NCBI GenBank assembly: GCA_002502175.1
Contig: DAPQ01000060.1
Coordinates: 7,784 to 71,783 of the forward strand
Direction of reading: 5' to 3'
DNA: 64,000 nucleotides
Source: Euryarchaeota archaeon UBA19
Lineage (GTDB): Archaea; Thermoplasmatota; Poseidoniia; Poseidoniales; Thalassarchaeaceae
Of the stretch, positions 29,670-39,144 are shown piece by piece (within the stretch, counting starts at the first letter, position 1; each line of letters opens with the position of its first letter). Under the pieces are notes generated by a model. The model saw nothing but the letters and a program-made list of their open reading frames with translations. It searched no databases and was not told the DNA's origin. Both the position numbers and the translations under genes were made by a program.

Positions 29670-30702
29670 GCAGCGATTGACTGGAAAATGCTTCATTAAT
29701 CAGATTAGTAAGTCCTGAAATCCATAATGGATCATCGTTCAGACATTTCACGACGACTAACTCTTCGCCTCCTTCTGAAAGAAATTCCTCCCTTATTTCT
29801 ATGTCAAGTTCTTCGAGGGTCTCTAATCCATCTGCTAAGAAAGCAGGGGATACAATAACTAACTTCTTGATTCCGTTCATAGCCAGGTTCTGAACTGTCT
29901 CTGTTGTAGATGGTTTCAGCCATTTAGCGGGTCCGAGCCTGCTTTGATAACTCATAGACCAATCAGACTTTGATAGTCCTAATTTTTTGGTAACCGCTTC
30001 AGTGGTAAGTGAGCAATGGTGAGAATAACACATTGAGTTAGCATCCAGAGAAAGTCCACAACAGTTTTCAACTTTCTGACAGTGTTTACCAGATTTATCT
30101 GATCGTTTTACATGAGATATGGGTAGACCATGATATGAGAATAAAAGATGAGAATCCTCTTGTAAATAAGGCCTTATTGATTCCACCAATGGGTCAATAA
30201 AATTAGGGTTATTTGGGAAATGACCTAGTTCCTTGGTCAGTGGATTCCAATTCATTTCGTTCATTTGCTTGTATGCAAACTTAAGAGAAGATTCTGTGGT
30301 AGCCTGCGCATGATGAGGAAATAAAGGGGCTAGTAATACCTCCTCAACTCCTGATTTCTTTAATCGTTCTAATCCATGACGAATACTTGGGTTTCCATAC
30401 CTCATTCCTACTTCACAAACTGTATCATCCATGTTTTGTTCCACAGCATCTGTCATCTTTTGAGTTAAAACACGGAGTGGTGAGCCTTCTTCCATCCATA
30501 TACTCTGATATCGGGGTGCTATTTTTTTCGGTCTAGTTTTCAGAATTATCCCCCTAACCAAAAGGTGTCTCAGGGGTGTAGGGATGTCAATTACGTCTGG
30601 ATCAAGTAGAAATTCACGCAGATAAGTTCTGACAGATTCCACATTTGGTTCATCTGGGGTCCCTATGTTCATCAACAGAACCCCGCGCTTCATATCGTTC
30701 AA
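29650..30702 (-). CDS. hemH: Ferrochelatase
   Basis: LLMNIGTP, GMRYGNPS, FSYHGLP, YQSRLGPAKWLKP, FLADGLETLEE. Confidence 0.95.
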   Translation of the reverse strand: MNDMKRGVLLMNIGTPDEPNVESVRTYLREFLLDPDVIDIPTPLRHLLVRGIILKTRPKKIAPRYQSIWMEEGSPLRVLTQKMTDAVEQNMDDTVCEVGMRYGNPSIRHGLERLKKSGVEEVLLAPLFPHHAQATTESSLKFAYKQMNEMNWNPLTKELGHFPNNPNFIDPLVESIRPYLQEDSHLLFSYHGLPISHVKRSDKSGKHCQKVENCCGLSLDANSMCYSHHCSLTTEAVTKKLGLSKSDWSMSYQSRLGPAKWLKPSTTETVQNLAMNGIKKLVIVSPAFLADGLETLEELDIEIREEFLSEGGEELVVVKCLNDDPLWISGLTNLINEAFSSQSLPIVEGF

Positions 30703-30742
30703 TTACCCCCTCGTTGTTGTAATGTTTTGTTTTGAGGAATAG

Positions 30743-31861
30743 TTAATTCCACCAATTATCATTGTCTTTTTGATCGCGGGCTACCACCCATTTGATAGCG
30801 ATTGGAGTCGCGATTAATATCCCGATAGCCAACACAGGTAGCCTCCAATCCATTTGCAATGCTGCAGGCCTCTCAATTAACCAAGTGAATCGAAGTGGTG
30901 AATTATGAAAATCAGAAGTCCAATCGTGTAGGTTTGTTACGTGGTGGCCGACTATACTTACAGAATGGTGTAATCCATTGAAAGTGACCTGCGGAGTATG
31001 CGAAATTGAAACTTCTTCGGATTCAAAGAAGAATTCGACAAAGACTCCTGGTTCTGCTGTAACATACGCTCCTCCATCTACTGGCCGAATACCTGTTATC
31101 AGATGCTTTTGAGCCGCAGGTATAACTAACGCCTCTTCGCCATCAAATTGTATACTTGTGGGAGGTTCTGACCATTCGAATAAGGCCGTACCCGGGACTG
31201 CCCAAAAAGAATCGGACAATGTTGAAATTCTGTATGTCTTTACATGTGGATCTGAGGTCAAAATTCTGTCATATGACTCTCCAGATATTTTGTGCCCATG
31301 CCACTCCCCCCAAGTGGTAAACCAAACCTCTTGAGATTTGAGCAAGGAAATAGCATCTTTATCCTCTCTGATTTTCATATCGTGCCATCTAGCAATCCAA
31401 TAAATGCTGACTAGGCTGTCTCGTTCTGCGTTTTCTAAAGCAGACAAATTAGCTTGGCCTTTTTCAAGACTGGTTAATCGTTCTACAACATTTAGACCAT
31501 GACCATCGCCTTCAATCCTATCTCCAATAATTGAAAAACCAGCCTCAGAAATTGCACTAGCAATATCTTCAGTCACTATACCGTTTGGGTGACCGAAGGA
31601 AATCGGTTGAGAGCCCCAACGTGATGCGTTGGTGAATCGATTTAGGTAATCTCTACAATCTTCAATGACCCAAGACTCCTCTCTCACATCTACTCCTTCA
31701 AACCCATGACAGCCAAATTCATCTCCGAGTTCAAGCCTTTCTGGACCGATGATATTTCTGAGCCAATTATCATCTTCCCATTCAGCAACAACTGCGGGTG
31801 CGGTCATTGGTAGCAAAATAATACAACACATAGCTAGACAGAGTACTCTAGGTATGCCCAC
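30743..31861 (-). CDS. Hypothetical secreted, C-terminally anchored protein
   Basis: Signal peptide and C-terminal TM helix; VWFTTWGE resembles the end of NodB-like folds (weak). Confidence 0.6.
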   Translation of the reverse strand: MGIPRVLCLAMCCIILLPMTAPAVVAEWEDDNWLRNIIGPERLELGDEFGCHGFEGVDVREESWVIEDCRDYLNRFTNASRWGSQPISFGHPNGIVTEDIASAISEAGFSIIGDRIEGDGHGLNVVERLTSLEKGQANLSALENAERDSLVSIYWIARWHDMKIREDKDAISLLKSQEVWFTTWGEWHGHKISGESYDRILTSDPHVKTYRISTLSDSFWAVPGTALFEWSEPPTSIQFDGEEALVIPAAQKHLITGIRPVDGGAYVTAEPGVFVEFFFESEEVSISHTPQVTFNGLHHSVSIVGHHVTNLHDWTSDFHNSPLRFTWLIERPAALQMDWRLPVLAIGILIATPIAIKWVVARDQKDNDNWWN

Positions 31862-31941
31862 AATAATGGGGGGCAGTATGTATCAGAAGAAGTCATCGCA
31901 CTTACGCAAAGCAATAATGCAGAGCAGTAGTCGGAGGAACG

Positions 31942-32718
31942 ATGCCCGGCTTGTCCGCTGATTCTTTGGAAACGGTGGCGAAATTGACCGGGCTTGAGGG
32001 CACTGGTATATCCCATTCAACCCCAATGTTTTACAAAGGTTTGATTGAATTATCACCATCATTAGTTAGAACGATAACTAATGTAAGTTACAATGGAGTA
32101 AATAGAATTCCAAAAAATGGACCCGCAATACTAGTTGGCAACCATACATCGCACATCGATCCAATTGTCAAAATAATGGGAGCAAAAAGACCTGTACATT
32201 ATCTTGCAAAAGCAGAACATTTCGAAGACAAAAAATTCCAGAAACTGATGACTTCCACTGGACAGATTGAAACATTTCGAGAATCGGGGGGTGTGGAAGC
32301 ATTAGCAAGTGCTGTGGACGTTCTTTCTGGAGGGAATGTCATGGGTATATTCCCCGAAGGAACTCGCTCCAGATCCGATAAACCACCTTACCTTTCTAGA
32401 GGAAAGACTGGTGTTGCTCGATTAGCTGCTAGGTTTCCTGAAGTACCAGTTGTACCAATGGCAATTATTGGTGCAAGAAAATTCATGGCACCAGGTTCTG
32501 CTGTGGTCAATCCATTGGCGAAAGTGCAAGTCAATGTCGATAACCCAATCACCTTTGGAGAGTGGTTAGGCGATGAATCCGGAGGGAATATGTCCGATGA
32601 AGACATTTCCAACATTGCTGATTTAGACGAGCATGGCCAAAGATCGATAATGAAATCACATTACAGAAGATTCACAGATCAATTAATTGAAAATTTGAGA
32701 GCTTTGGGGGCACCCTAA
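31942..32718 (+). CDS. plsC: Lysophospholipid acyltransferase (PlsC family)
   Basis: NHTSHID (HX4D), YLAKAEHF, IFPEGTRS. Confidence 0.88.
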   Translation: MPGLSADSLETVAKLTGLEGTGISHSTPMFYKGLIELSPSLVRTITNVSYNGVNRIPKNGPAILVGNHTSHIDPIVKIMGAKRPVHYLAKAEHFEDKKFQKLMTSTGQIETFRESGGVEALASAVDVLSGGNVMGIFPEGTRSRSDKPPYLSRGKTGVARLAARFPEVPVVPMAIIGARKFMAPGSAVVNPLAKVQVNVDNPITFGEWLGDESGGNMSDEDISNIADLDEHGQRSIMKSHYRRFTDQLIENLRALGAP

Positions 32719-32798
32719 TCCAAAGTTTTGATGCAAAAATTTGAGTCAAGATATCCGCATCCTTCATGGACTTCGGCGGTTCTGTAGGTTTAGTTGAC

Positions 32799-33593
32799 AT
32801 GGAGCAATACCTAGCATTCCTCGAACGAATCCTTGACGAAGGAATAGAGAAATCTGATCGTACAGGCACTGGAACAATTTCAGTTTTCGGCCACCAAATG
32901 CGATTTGACTTGTCTGAATCTTTTCCAGCCGTGACCACAAAAAAACTTCATTGGCCTAGTATAATCCATGAATTATTGTGGTTTTTATCTGGAGATACTA
33001 ACGTTGCCTATCTACAGGAAAATAACGTTCGGATATGGAACGAATGGGCTGACGAAGATGGCGACCTTGGACCTGTTTATGGAAAACAATGGAGAAAATG
33101 GGAGACTAATGATGGCAGGGTCGTGGACCAAATTGAAAACGCCATTGAAATGATCAAACAGAACCCAAATTCACGAAGGATTATTGTTTCAGCTTGGAAT
33201 GTTGGAGAATTGGAAGATATGGCGTTAATGCCTTGCCATGCTTTTTTCCAATTCTATGTCAACGAAGGAAAATTGTCCTGCCAATTATACCAAAGAAGCG
33301 CCGATGCTTTTCTTGGAGTCCCATTCAATATTTCATCATACAGTCTTCTAACCTGTATGATGGCTCAAGTATGCGGATTGCAGCCCGGTGAATTTGTCTG
33401 GACTGGGGGTGATTGTCATTTGTACCTAAACCACTTAGAACAAGCCAAGGAACAAATTTCTAGGAAACCACTTCCATTGCCTAAACTCAGGTTAGATGAG
33501 ACTATCTCCGAAATAGATGGATTTACTGCAGAGAGTATTGAAATTCTCAATTATGAGCATCACCCACATATTTCGGCACCAATATCTGTTTGA
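32799..33593 (+). CDS. thyA: Thymidylate synthase (bacterial ThyA type)
   Basis: [40 protein letters not shown]. Confidence 0.97.
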   Translation: MEQYLAFLERILDEGIEKSDRTGTGTISVFGHQMRFDLSESFPAVTTKKLHWPSIIHELLWFLSGDTNVAYLQENNVRIWNEWADEDGDLGPVYGKQWRKWETNDGRVVDQIENAIEMIKQNPNSRRIIVSAWNVGELEDMALMPCHAFFQFYVNEGKLSCQLYQRSADAFLGVPFNISSYSLLTCMMAQVCGLQPGEFVWTGGDCHLYLNHLEQAKEQISRKPLPLPKLRLDETISEIDGFTAESIEILNYEHHPHISAPISV

Positions 33594-33602
33594 GGTAATA
33601 AT

Positions 33603-34112
33603 ATGCGTATGTCGATGATTGTTGCTATGGATGAAGAGGGCTGTATTGGAAGGGGAGAAGGACTTCCATGGCGTTTAGCTTCGGACATGGCTCGATTCAA
33701 ACAATTGACTGAAGGAGATGGGTTTAACGCCGTAATTATGGGAAGAAAAACTTGGGATTCACTTCCCGAAGCATATCGGCCATTACCCGAGCGATTAAAC
33801 ATCGTTATGTCAAGAGACACCGGATGGGAAGCGGATGGAGCAGAGACCGCTCTATACATCGGCCGGGCCATAGAAATCGCGTATGCGGATGGTTGCGATG
33901 AATGCTGGATAATTGGCGGGGCTCAGATTTACCAAATGTTTCTTGATCGAGTAGAAGAAATTCATCTTACAACGGTCCAAACCAATAATAGTGGCGACGT
34001 GAAATTCCCAGAATGGAATCGTACTGAATGGTCTGAGGAAGTTATTGAAAAATTGCAATCAGACTCCAATAACGAATACGACACTACATATTCCATCTGG
34101 ACTAGGCGATAA
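33603..34112 (+). CDS. folA: Dihydrofolate reductase
   Basis: IG...LPWRLASD, IMGRKTW, RPLPERLNIV, IIGGAQIY. Confidence 0.95.
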   Translation: MRMSMIVAMDEEGCIGRGEGLPWRLASDMARFKQLTEGDGFNAVIMGRKTWDSLPEAYRPLPERLNIVMSRDTGWEADGAETALYIGRAIEIAYADGCDECWIIGGAQIYQMFLDRVEEIHLTTVQTNNSGDVKFPEWNRTEWSEEVIEKLQSDSNNEYDTTYSIWTRR

Positions 34113-34113
34113 C

Positions 34114-34515
34114 ATGAATTTTCGCGACTTGTTCGCAATCTTAGGCGGTTCATTTTTCGTTTATGTAGGAGTATTGCATTTCACAGATACTGAATGGTTC
34201 GAACCAATTGTTCCACCAATCCTTGGTTCAGCCGAATTTTGGGTAATTGCTAGTGGTGTAGTTGAAATTTTAGTTGGCGTTATGCTGATTATCCCCTCAA
34301 TTAGATGGATAGGAGGATTTGCAAGCGCTACTTTGTTGATTTGTCTATATCCAGCAAATCTGTACATGTGGGTTAATTCTGTCGAATTAGGAGATGGGGC
34401 GTCATTATCTCAGACTGGAAATCTGGTGAGGCTCGTATTGCAATTAGGTGGAATTTGGATTAGTCTCTGGATTGCAGAATATACAATGGAAAAGGGGACG
34501 GAAACTATTGATTAA
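34114..34515 (+). CDS. DoxX-like membrane protein
   Basis: GVLHF...IVPP...SGVVE...YPANLYM...RLVLQ. Confidence 0.75.
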   Translation: MNFRDLFAILGGSFFVYVGVLHFTDTEWFEPIVPPILGSAEFWVIASGVVEILVGVMLIIPSIRWIGGFASATLLICLYPANLYMWVNSVELGDGASLSQTGNLVRLVLQLGGIWISLWIAEYTMEKGTETID

Positions 34516-34564
34516 GGATTTAATCGTGATTCATTTGACTGCGATTTCTAAATTATTAACCCAG

Positions 34565-34777
34565 TTATTTTATGTTAAATATTGCCGAAATATTTGACGT
34601 CATCCAAAATGAAGCAGCCCCCAATTGTAGCCAGTCACCAGGGCCTTCAATTCCGTATACGAATACACTGATAATCCAGCATAGACTTGCAAGGGTTTGT
34701 CCTAGCCATTCAATACTCAGAATTTTTCCTATTCGAGTTTCATTTCCCTTCAACACGTCAAACACTCCTGTCCACAA
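34565..34777 (-). CDS. Small membrane protein
   Basis: EWLGQTLASLCWIISVFVYG...GDWLQL, two hydrophobic helices; overlaps the end of the upstream oxidoreductase. Confidence 0.55.
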   Translation of the reverse strand: MWTGVFDVLKGNETRIGKILSIEWLGQTLASLCWIISVFVYGIEGPGDWLQLGAASFWMTSNISAIFNIK

Positions 34778-35922
34778 CAGGATAAATCGTCTAAGTACAT
34801 CCCCCAGCCCCTGTAAGCCTCGACGAATTCATCAGTATCAATATCTAGGGACGATGCAATTGCTTGTGCGACGATTGCAAACCGTTGCCTGTATTTGAAA
34901 ATGAAACAAAAAATATGACCGTCATGACGAACTGATGGCCCACAAAGGTACATACCAGGAACTATAGTTGATTCGTCACTATCATTCAGCAGGGGGAATC
35001 CATCTTCTCTTTCATCGAATAAATGTGACACGAATTTGTGACTTCCGTCGAATCCGCCTGCAAATAGAGGCTTAGAATCAGAATTGAAGACTTGACCATC
35101 TTTAGTTCTGACTTCGTATTTTCCGTCAATTAGATTGACTGAATTTACAGGAGTCTCTGCGTTTAATCGGACATTATTTTCAAAATTTGCATTTCTCATT
35201 CGTTCGAATGAAAAAGTAGACAAAGTAATACTTGGATCTGAACTTTCTTCGTCCCATGGGCTGTTAATGTCGAATAATACCACCTTTTTACCATTATTAG
35301 CAAGATGATATGCAGCATCTATTCCACTTTCGTATCCGCCAATAATTAGAAAATTATCCCCTTCTAAATCTGCATATCTCGAAACTGTTGCCGTATGCCT
35401 GCAAAATTCAACGCCTTCAAATCCATCAATTAGTGGATATTGATATTCGCCTGCTGCCCAAATTACATTCTTCGCCAGCAAGTTACTGTCAGCAATTTTT
35501 AGATGAAATAAACCGTCGATTTTCTCTATAGAATCTACATTTGTATTTTCTAAAATTGGGAGCTCAAAATATTCAGCTATATCCTGTAAGTGTTCAGCGT
35601 ATTCCTTACCAGTAGGGTGCTCAACCTTCATACTAAATGCGGGAGATATTCCGATTGCAATTGAATTTAGATCTAGCATTCCAATGGAATTACTAGGAAA
35701 TGACGGCGTAATGAATCGAGTCTCTTCTGGCCATGAAGAAAAAGAGGAACCTACTGTATCTCTATCAACAATCAGGAAGTTCTCAATTCCTGCATGAGCA
35801 ATAGCAATTCCGACACCGATTCCCGCTGCACCTGCTCCGACGATAATTACATCATACGTTTCAGAGTCGACTTTTGGATTCGATTCTTCATCATCTTGAG
35901 CGACTTGCATGTCCAAGGCCAT
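34750..35922 (-). CDS. NAD(P)/FAD-dependent oxidoreductase with a Cys-rich C-terminus
   Basis: GAGAAG, FITPSF, WAAGEYQYP, GGYESG, FCFIFKYRQRF; ends DDLSCCGQECLTC. Confidence 0.85.
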   Translation of the reverse strand: MALDMQVAQDDEESNPKVDSETYDVIIVGAGAAGIGVGIAIAHAGIENFLIVDRDTVGSSFSSWPEETRFITPSFPSNSIGMLDLNSIAIGISPAFSMKVEHPTGKEYAEHLQDIAEYFELPILENTNVDSIEKIDGLFHLKIADSNLLAKNVIWAAGEYQYPLIDGFEGVEFCRHTATVSRYADLEGDNFLIIGGYESGIDAAYHLANNGKKVVLFDINSPWDEESSDPSITLSTFSFERMRNANFENNVRLNAETPVNSVNLIDGKYEVRTKDGQVFNSDSKPLFAGGFDGSHKFVSHLFDEREDGFPLLNDSDESTIVPGMYLCGPSVRHDGHIFCFIFKYRQRFAIVAQAIASSLDIDTDEFVEAYRGWGMYLDDLSCCGQECLTC

Positions 35923-35932
35923 AGTTGGTCCG

Positions 35933-35966
35933 ATATTATTAACAATTTAAAAAATACTAATAATAT
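35933..35966. promoter_or_regulatory. 9-bp inverted repeat flanking the probable TATA box of the oxidoreductase gene
   Basis: ATATTATTA-N16-TAATAATAT; the spacer reads TTTTTTAAA on the minus strand. Confidence 0.4.
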
Positions 35967-36010
35967 AGAGTACGAGATTTATTATGACAGTCGTAGAATT
36001 TTATCCAAAT

Positions 36011-36400
36011 TCATTCCCCATCATATTCTGTAACTCTAATGCCTAGGTTACCTCGTCGAGCCTTTCTTTGCATTATTTTATCCATTTTCGAGTGGAATTC
36101 GGATTCTAAATCAATGTGCATTGCAAGAGAGTGACCGAGTATCAAAATCAACAAATCCGCTAATTCTTCAGATGCTTCTTCCTTTGGCTTTCCTTTAGTA
36201 ATCGCCGCTGCAAACTCGCCTAATTCTTCAACGGTTAGAGCCACACGGTATCCCATATCATGTCCATTATTCTCAGGGTTAGCGAAGTCATGTTTACTAT
36301 GGAAAGCGGCAACCCTAGCCATCATGGTAGCCCAAGAATCATCGGGCTTAGAATTCCATTCAACTTCCTTCCAATCATCTACACTCAACAGTCGGGTCAT
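36011..36400 (-). CDS. MazG-like NTP pyrophosphohydrolase
   Basis: EELGEFAAA...EELADL all-alpha NTP-PPase motif. Confidence 0.85.
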   Translation of the reverse strand: MTRLLSVDDWKEVEWNSKPDDSWATMMARVAAFHSKHDFANPENNGHDMGYRVALTVEELGEFAAAITKGKPKEEASEELADLLILILGHSLAMHIDLESEFHSKMDKIMQRKARRGNLGIRVTEYDGE

Positions 36401-36442
36401 ACATCGCCCAGTAATTGGAGAACCATCAAACTGTCTAATGTT

Positions 36443-36745
36443 CTAGAATCTACCACCTGGTGGATTTCTAGGATAATCAGAACCCGCAGGAAGAACATAC
36501 GATAAGCCAACAAGAGATATAATAATTGACGAGAATAATACGGCAGAAAATATTCTCATTCTTGAATTTGCTTCATTTTGAAGTTTGGCACATAATTCTG
36601 CATCGGGTTGAGGGTTGTTATTTGGCAGACATTCCCTCTCATACTCCTTGTCTTTTTGATCCCACCAATCCATTCTATCCAATGCTTCGATGAAGAGGAA
36701 AACAGAGACTAAAAGTAGGATTAATCCTAATCTCTGGCCTTGCAA
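36443..36745 (-). CDS. Hypothetical two-TM membrane protein
   Basis: Two TM helices with a Cys pair in the loop between them. Confidence 0.6.
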   Translation of the reverse strand: MQGQRLGLILLLVSVFLFIEALDRMDWWDQKDKEYERECLPNNNPQPDAELCAKLQNEANSRMRIFSAVLFSSIIISLVGLSYVLPAGSDYPRNPPGGRF

Positions 36746-36754
36746 TTTTATCCC

Positions 36755-37510
36755 TCAATAATTAGCTTGCAAGGCTTCGATACAATCTCTCACACGAGCA
36801 CGTAGGGTTGCTGCCTTAGCATCAACTGCATGATGGTCGATTTCTGCTGAAGGGTCACCTGGAGTTCTACCCGCCGCCCAATTTGATGAACATGATATCG
36901 CCACATGAGGAATTCCTGTTTCCGCGATCAAACGTGACTCAGGACCAAGGGTCATTCCAACTACATCAGCACCCAAACGAACAAGCGCATCAATTTCAGA
37001 AGGCGATTCAAATTGAGGGCCGATACACTGCGCAACTACTAGACTGCTTGGAGTGTATTCTTGAGTCTCTGATAAGGTAGAGGAACAAATTTTACTGGCT
37101 TTTATATCAAACATTGAGGTTCTATCCGCATGGATAGCATCGTCATCATGGAAAGTCCATGGACGGATTGCTAAATCCAATACATCACCAGCCACACCAA
37201 TCATACCCGGAGGTAAATCTTCAATCATCGTCCCTACAGAATTAACACTGAGAATTAAATCTGGAGAGAAGGACTTGGCTGCATGAATATTCGCCCTGTG
37301 TTCTATTTCATGAGGTGGTGTTCTCGCATCCCCTTCTCGGTGATGTCTGTCGATTAGGAGAACTTCCCCTAATTCAGTTTCAACCAATATTGTCGGAACC
37401 TCTCCCCAGTTTGATTCTACTCGGATTTCAGTATTTTTTCTTGAACTATCGGACATCTCATGAGCAATATCAGACATTCCTGTTCCACTAATTACGGCTA
37501 TCCGCACCAA
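36755..37510 (-). CDS. MTAP-family purine nucleoside phosphorylase
   Basis: IAVISGTG, PPHEIEHRANI, SVNSVG, GPQFES, VVGMT, NWAAG. Confidence 0.88.
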   Translation of the reverse strand: MVRIAVISGTGMSDIAHEMSDSSRKNTEIRVESNWGEVPTILVETELGEVLLIDRHHREGDARTPPHEIEHRANIHAAKSFSPDLILSVNSVGTMIEDLPPGMIGVAGDVLDLAIRPWTFHDDDAIHADRTSMFDIKASKICSSTLSETQEYTPSSLVVAQCIGPQFESPSEIDALVRLGADVVGMTLGPESRLIAETGIPHVAISCSSNWAAGRTPGDPSAEIDHHAVDAKAATLRARVRDCIEALQANY

Positions 37511-37554
37511 ATTCTCACCTCGGTTTGGAATGGGCTTGGCCGCCCATATTTACC

Positions 37555-38499
37555 TCACTCTTGCAGACGGGAAATCAAATCTGCTTTCTTTCCTGAGACT
37601 GGTTTTCCAGCCTCCTTTAGAAGTCCCTTTAGTTCAGAAACCGTCATTGTTTCGTAATCAATCTCAGAGACATCGGATGATTCAGTATCCTCCTCTTGGG
37701 AATCTTCAGCGCCTTCCTCTTCCACTTCCTCAGATGCTTCTTCTGGCTCTTCATCTGAATCAGCCTCTCCAACCTCAGAAAGATCTGCAGATGCTTCTGC
37801 TGCTGCTAAAACATCGACTTCCTCTACTTCAGCGGCTGCAGCAGCGGCCTTCTCCTCAGCATGTATTTCATCCAAGGTAGGACCATCTTCTACGACTACT
37901 CCGCTTTGTAATAACTGACTGCGTCTAATCATAACGGTTCTGACGGGAGTGACCTTGGAAACCGATTCTTTGATTGCTGCTTCCATCGTACCATCGAGTA
38001 GCGCTTTTTGCAATTGAATCCAAGTTGAACTAGCACCCATAGTCAGGATTGTTTCTCTAGCACTAGCCCTCATTGCAGATTTTTGACTGGATTTTACACG
38101 AGATCTTGAAATTAGTAGAGGCTTGAATCTGACGTAATACCCATCATCGGTGACAACATCTACTGTGTCGTCAACCTTTCCACGATGACGGCGGATTTGG
38201 CGGCGAATGTGGTCTTTTAGCACGTTGTGTCCGACAAATTCAGTAAGCGCATCTCCACCGACAGATTCTGTTATTCGGAAAACTACCTGAACGTGCATCT
38301 TCGAAAAGTCGCCATCTAACTCATTTTGCATGATGTCGTATGTTCGACCAATTAGTTGTTCGGAGTCCTCTGCGAGGGTCTCTCCAATGACTCTGAATGA
38401 CCAAGGATTACGAGGTGCTCGAATTGTGAACCAGCGCTTTGCCTTCCACTTGTCTCTCTGCTTGCGTGCCGCTGCCCTTGCTTTTGCGCCCTTTGCCAT
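37555..38499 (-). CDS. rps3ae: 30S ribosomal protein S3Ae (eS1) with acidic linker and C-terminal SAP domain
   Basis: RDKWKAKRWFTIRAP, DHIRRQIRR; tail MTVSELKGLLKEAGKPVSGKKADLISRL. Confidence 0.93.
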   Translation of the reverse strand: MAKGAKARAAARKQRDKWKAKRWFTIRAPRNPWSFRVIGETLAEDSEQLIGRTYDIMQNELDGDFSKMHVQVVFRITESVGGDALTEFVGHNVLKDHIRRQIRRHRGKVDDTVDVVTDDGYYVRFKPLLISRSRVKSSQKSAMRASARETILTMGASSTWIQLQKALLDGTMEAAIKESVSKVTPVRTVMIRRSQLLQSGVVVEDGPTLDEIHAEEKAAAAAAEVEEVDVLAAAEASADLSEVGEADSDEEPEEASEEVEEEGAEDSQEEDTESSDVSEIDYETMTVSELKGLLKEAGKPVSGKKADLISRLQE

Positions 38500-38508
38500 G
38501 AGAAACAC

Positions 38509-38537
38509 CTCGTATCGGGGGCTACCCCGTATGCGAG
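38509..38537 (-). promoter_or_regulatory. 5' UTR hairpin overlapping the rps3ae Shine-Dalgarno sequence
   Basis: mRNA CUCGCAUACGGGG-UAGC-CCCCGAUACGAG; the final GAG begins the SD GAGGUG. Confidence 0.5.
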
Positions 38538-38639
38538 CCGTGCGACCTGCCTCCAGTATTTGAATGAAAGCCCTAGAGTACCATCAACAGACAAGGGCGC
38601 AGCGTGGTCTTCAAGGAGTGATTGCTCCTGCCATTATCA

Positions 38640-39077
38640 ATGAGTCTGCATAGCGTATACTGGAGAATACACTGTAGCGCTGTAGACGATCTTGAAATTA
38701 TTGAGGCGGCAATGAGTCAACTATCCCCGGTAAAGACAGAGATAACTAGAGAGAAATCCAAATCCTATCATGGTGCTCCACAAATAATCCTAGCAATGAA
38801 AATAAATAACAAAAAAGCAGCAAAACAAAGCCTTCAATCATTAGGCAAGGATGTATTGAATCAGTTAGTTAGTAATGGCCTCGATTCTCATATTGATGAT
38901 GACAAAATATTCCATGTTCGCGTCTCATTATCTTCCTTAGTGAATGGAGACATTCTATTAGCTGAGGGCTCGGAATGGAAATCTGCTGTAAAAGGTCGGT
39001 TCAAAATTGAATCGTATCCTGGACAAAATCCAGAAGAAGTTGTTAATCAGTTGATTGATGAAATAATATTGAAATGA
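38640..39077 (+). CDS. Archaeal RNA-binding protein (COG1325/DUF54-like)
   Basis: KSYHGAPQII, FHVRVS, KIESYPG. Confidence 0.7.
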   Translation: MSLHSVYWRIHCSAVDDLEIIEAAMSQLSPVKTEITREKSKSYHGAPQIILAMKINNKKAAKQSLQSLGKDVLNQLVSNGLDSHIDDDKIFHVRVSLSSLVNGDILLAEGSEWKSAVKGRFKIESYPGQNPEEVVNQLIDEIILK

Positions 39078-39078
39078 A

Positions 39079-39092
39079 TTAGGTTAACCTAA
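39079..39092. promoter_or_regulatory. DtxR/SirR-type operator palindrome upstream of ferredoxin
   Basis: Perfect 14-bp palindrome TTAGGTTAACCTAA, 52 bp before the ferredoxin ATG. Confidence 0.7.
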
Positions 39093-39144
39093 AATTTTTC
39101 GGACATAACAAGCAATTAAATGCCACCATTATACCCGGTTTTAC

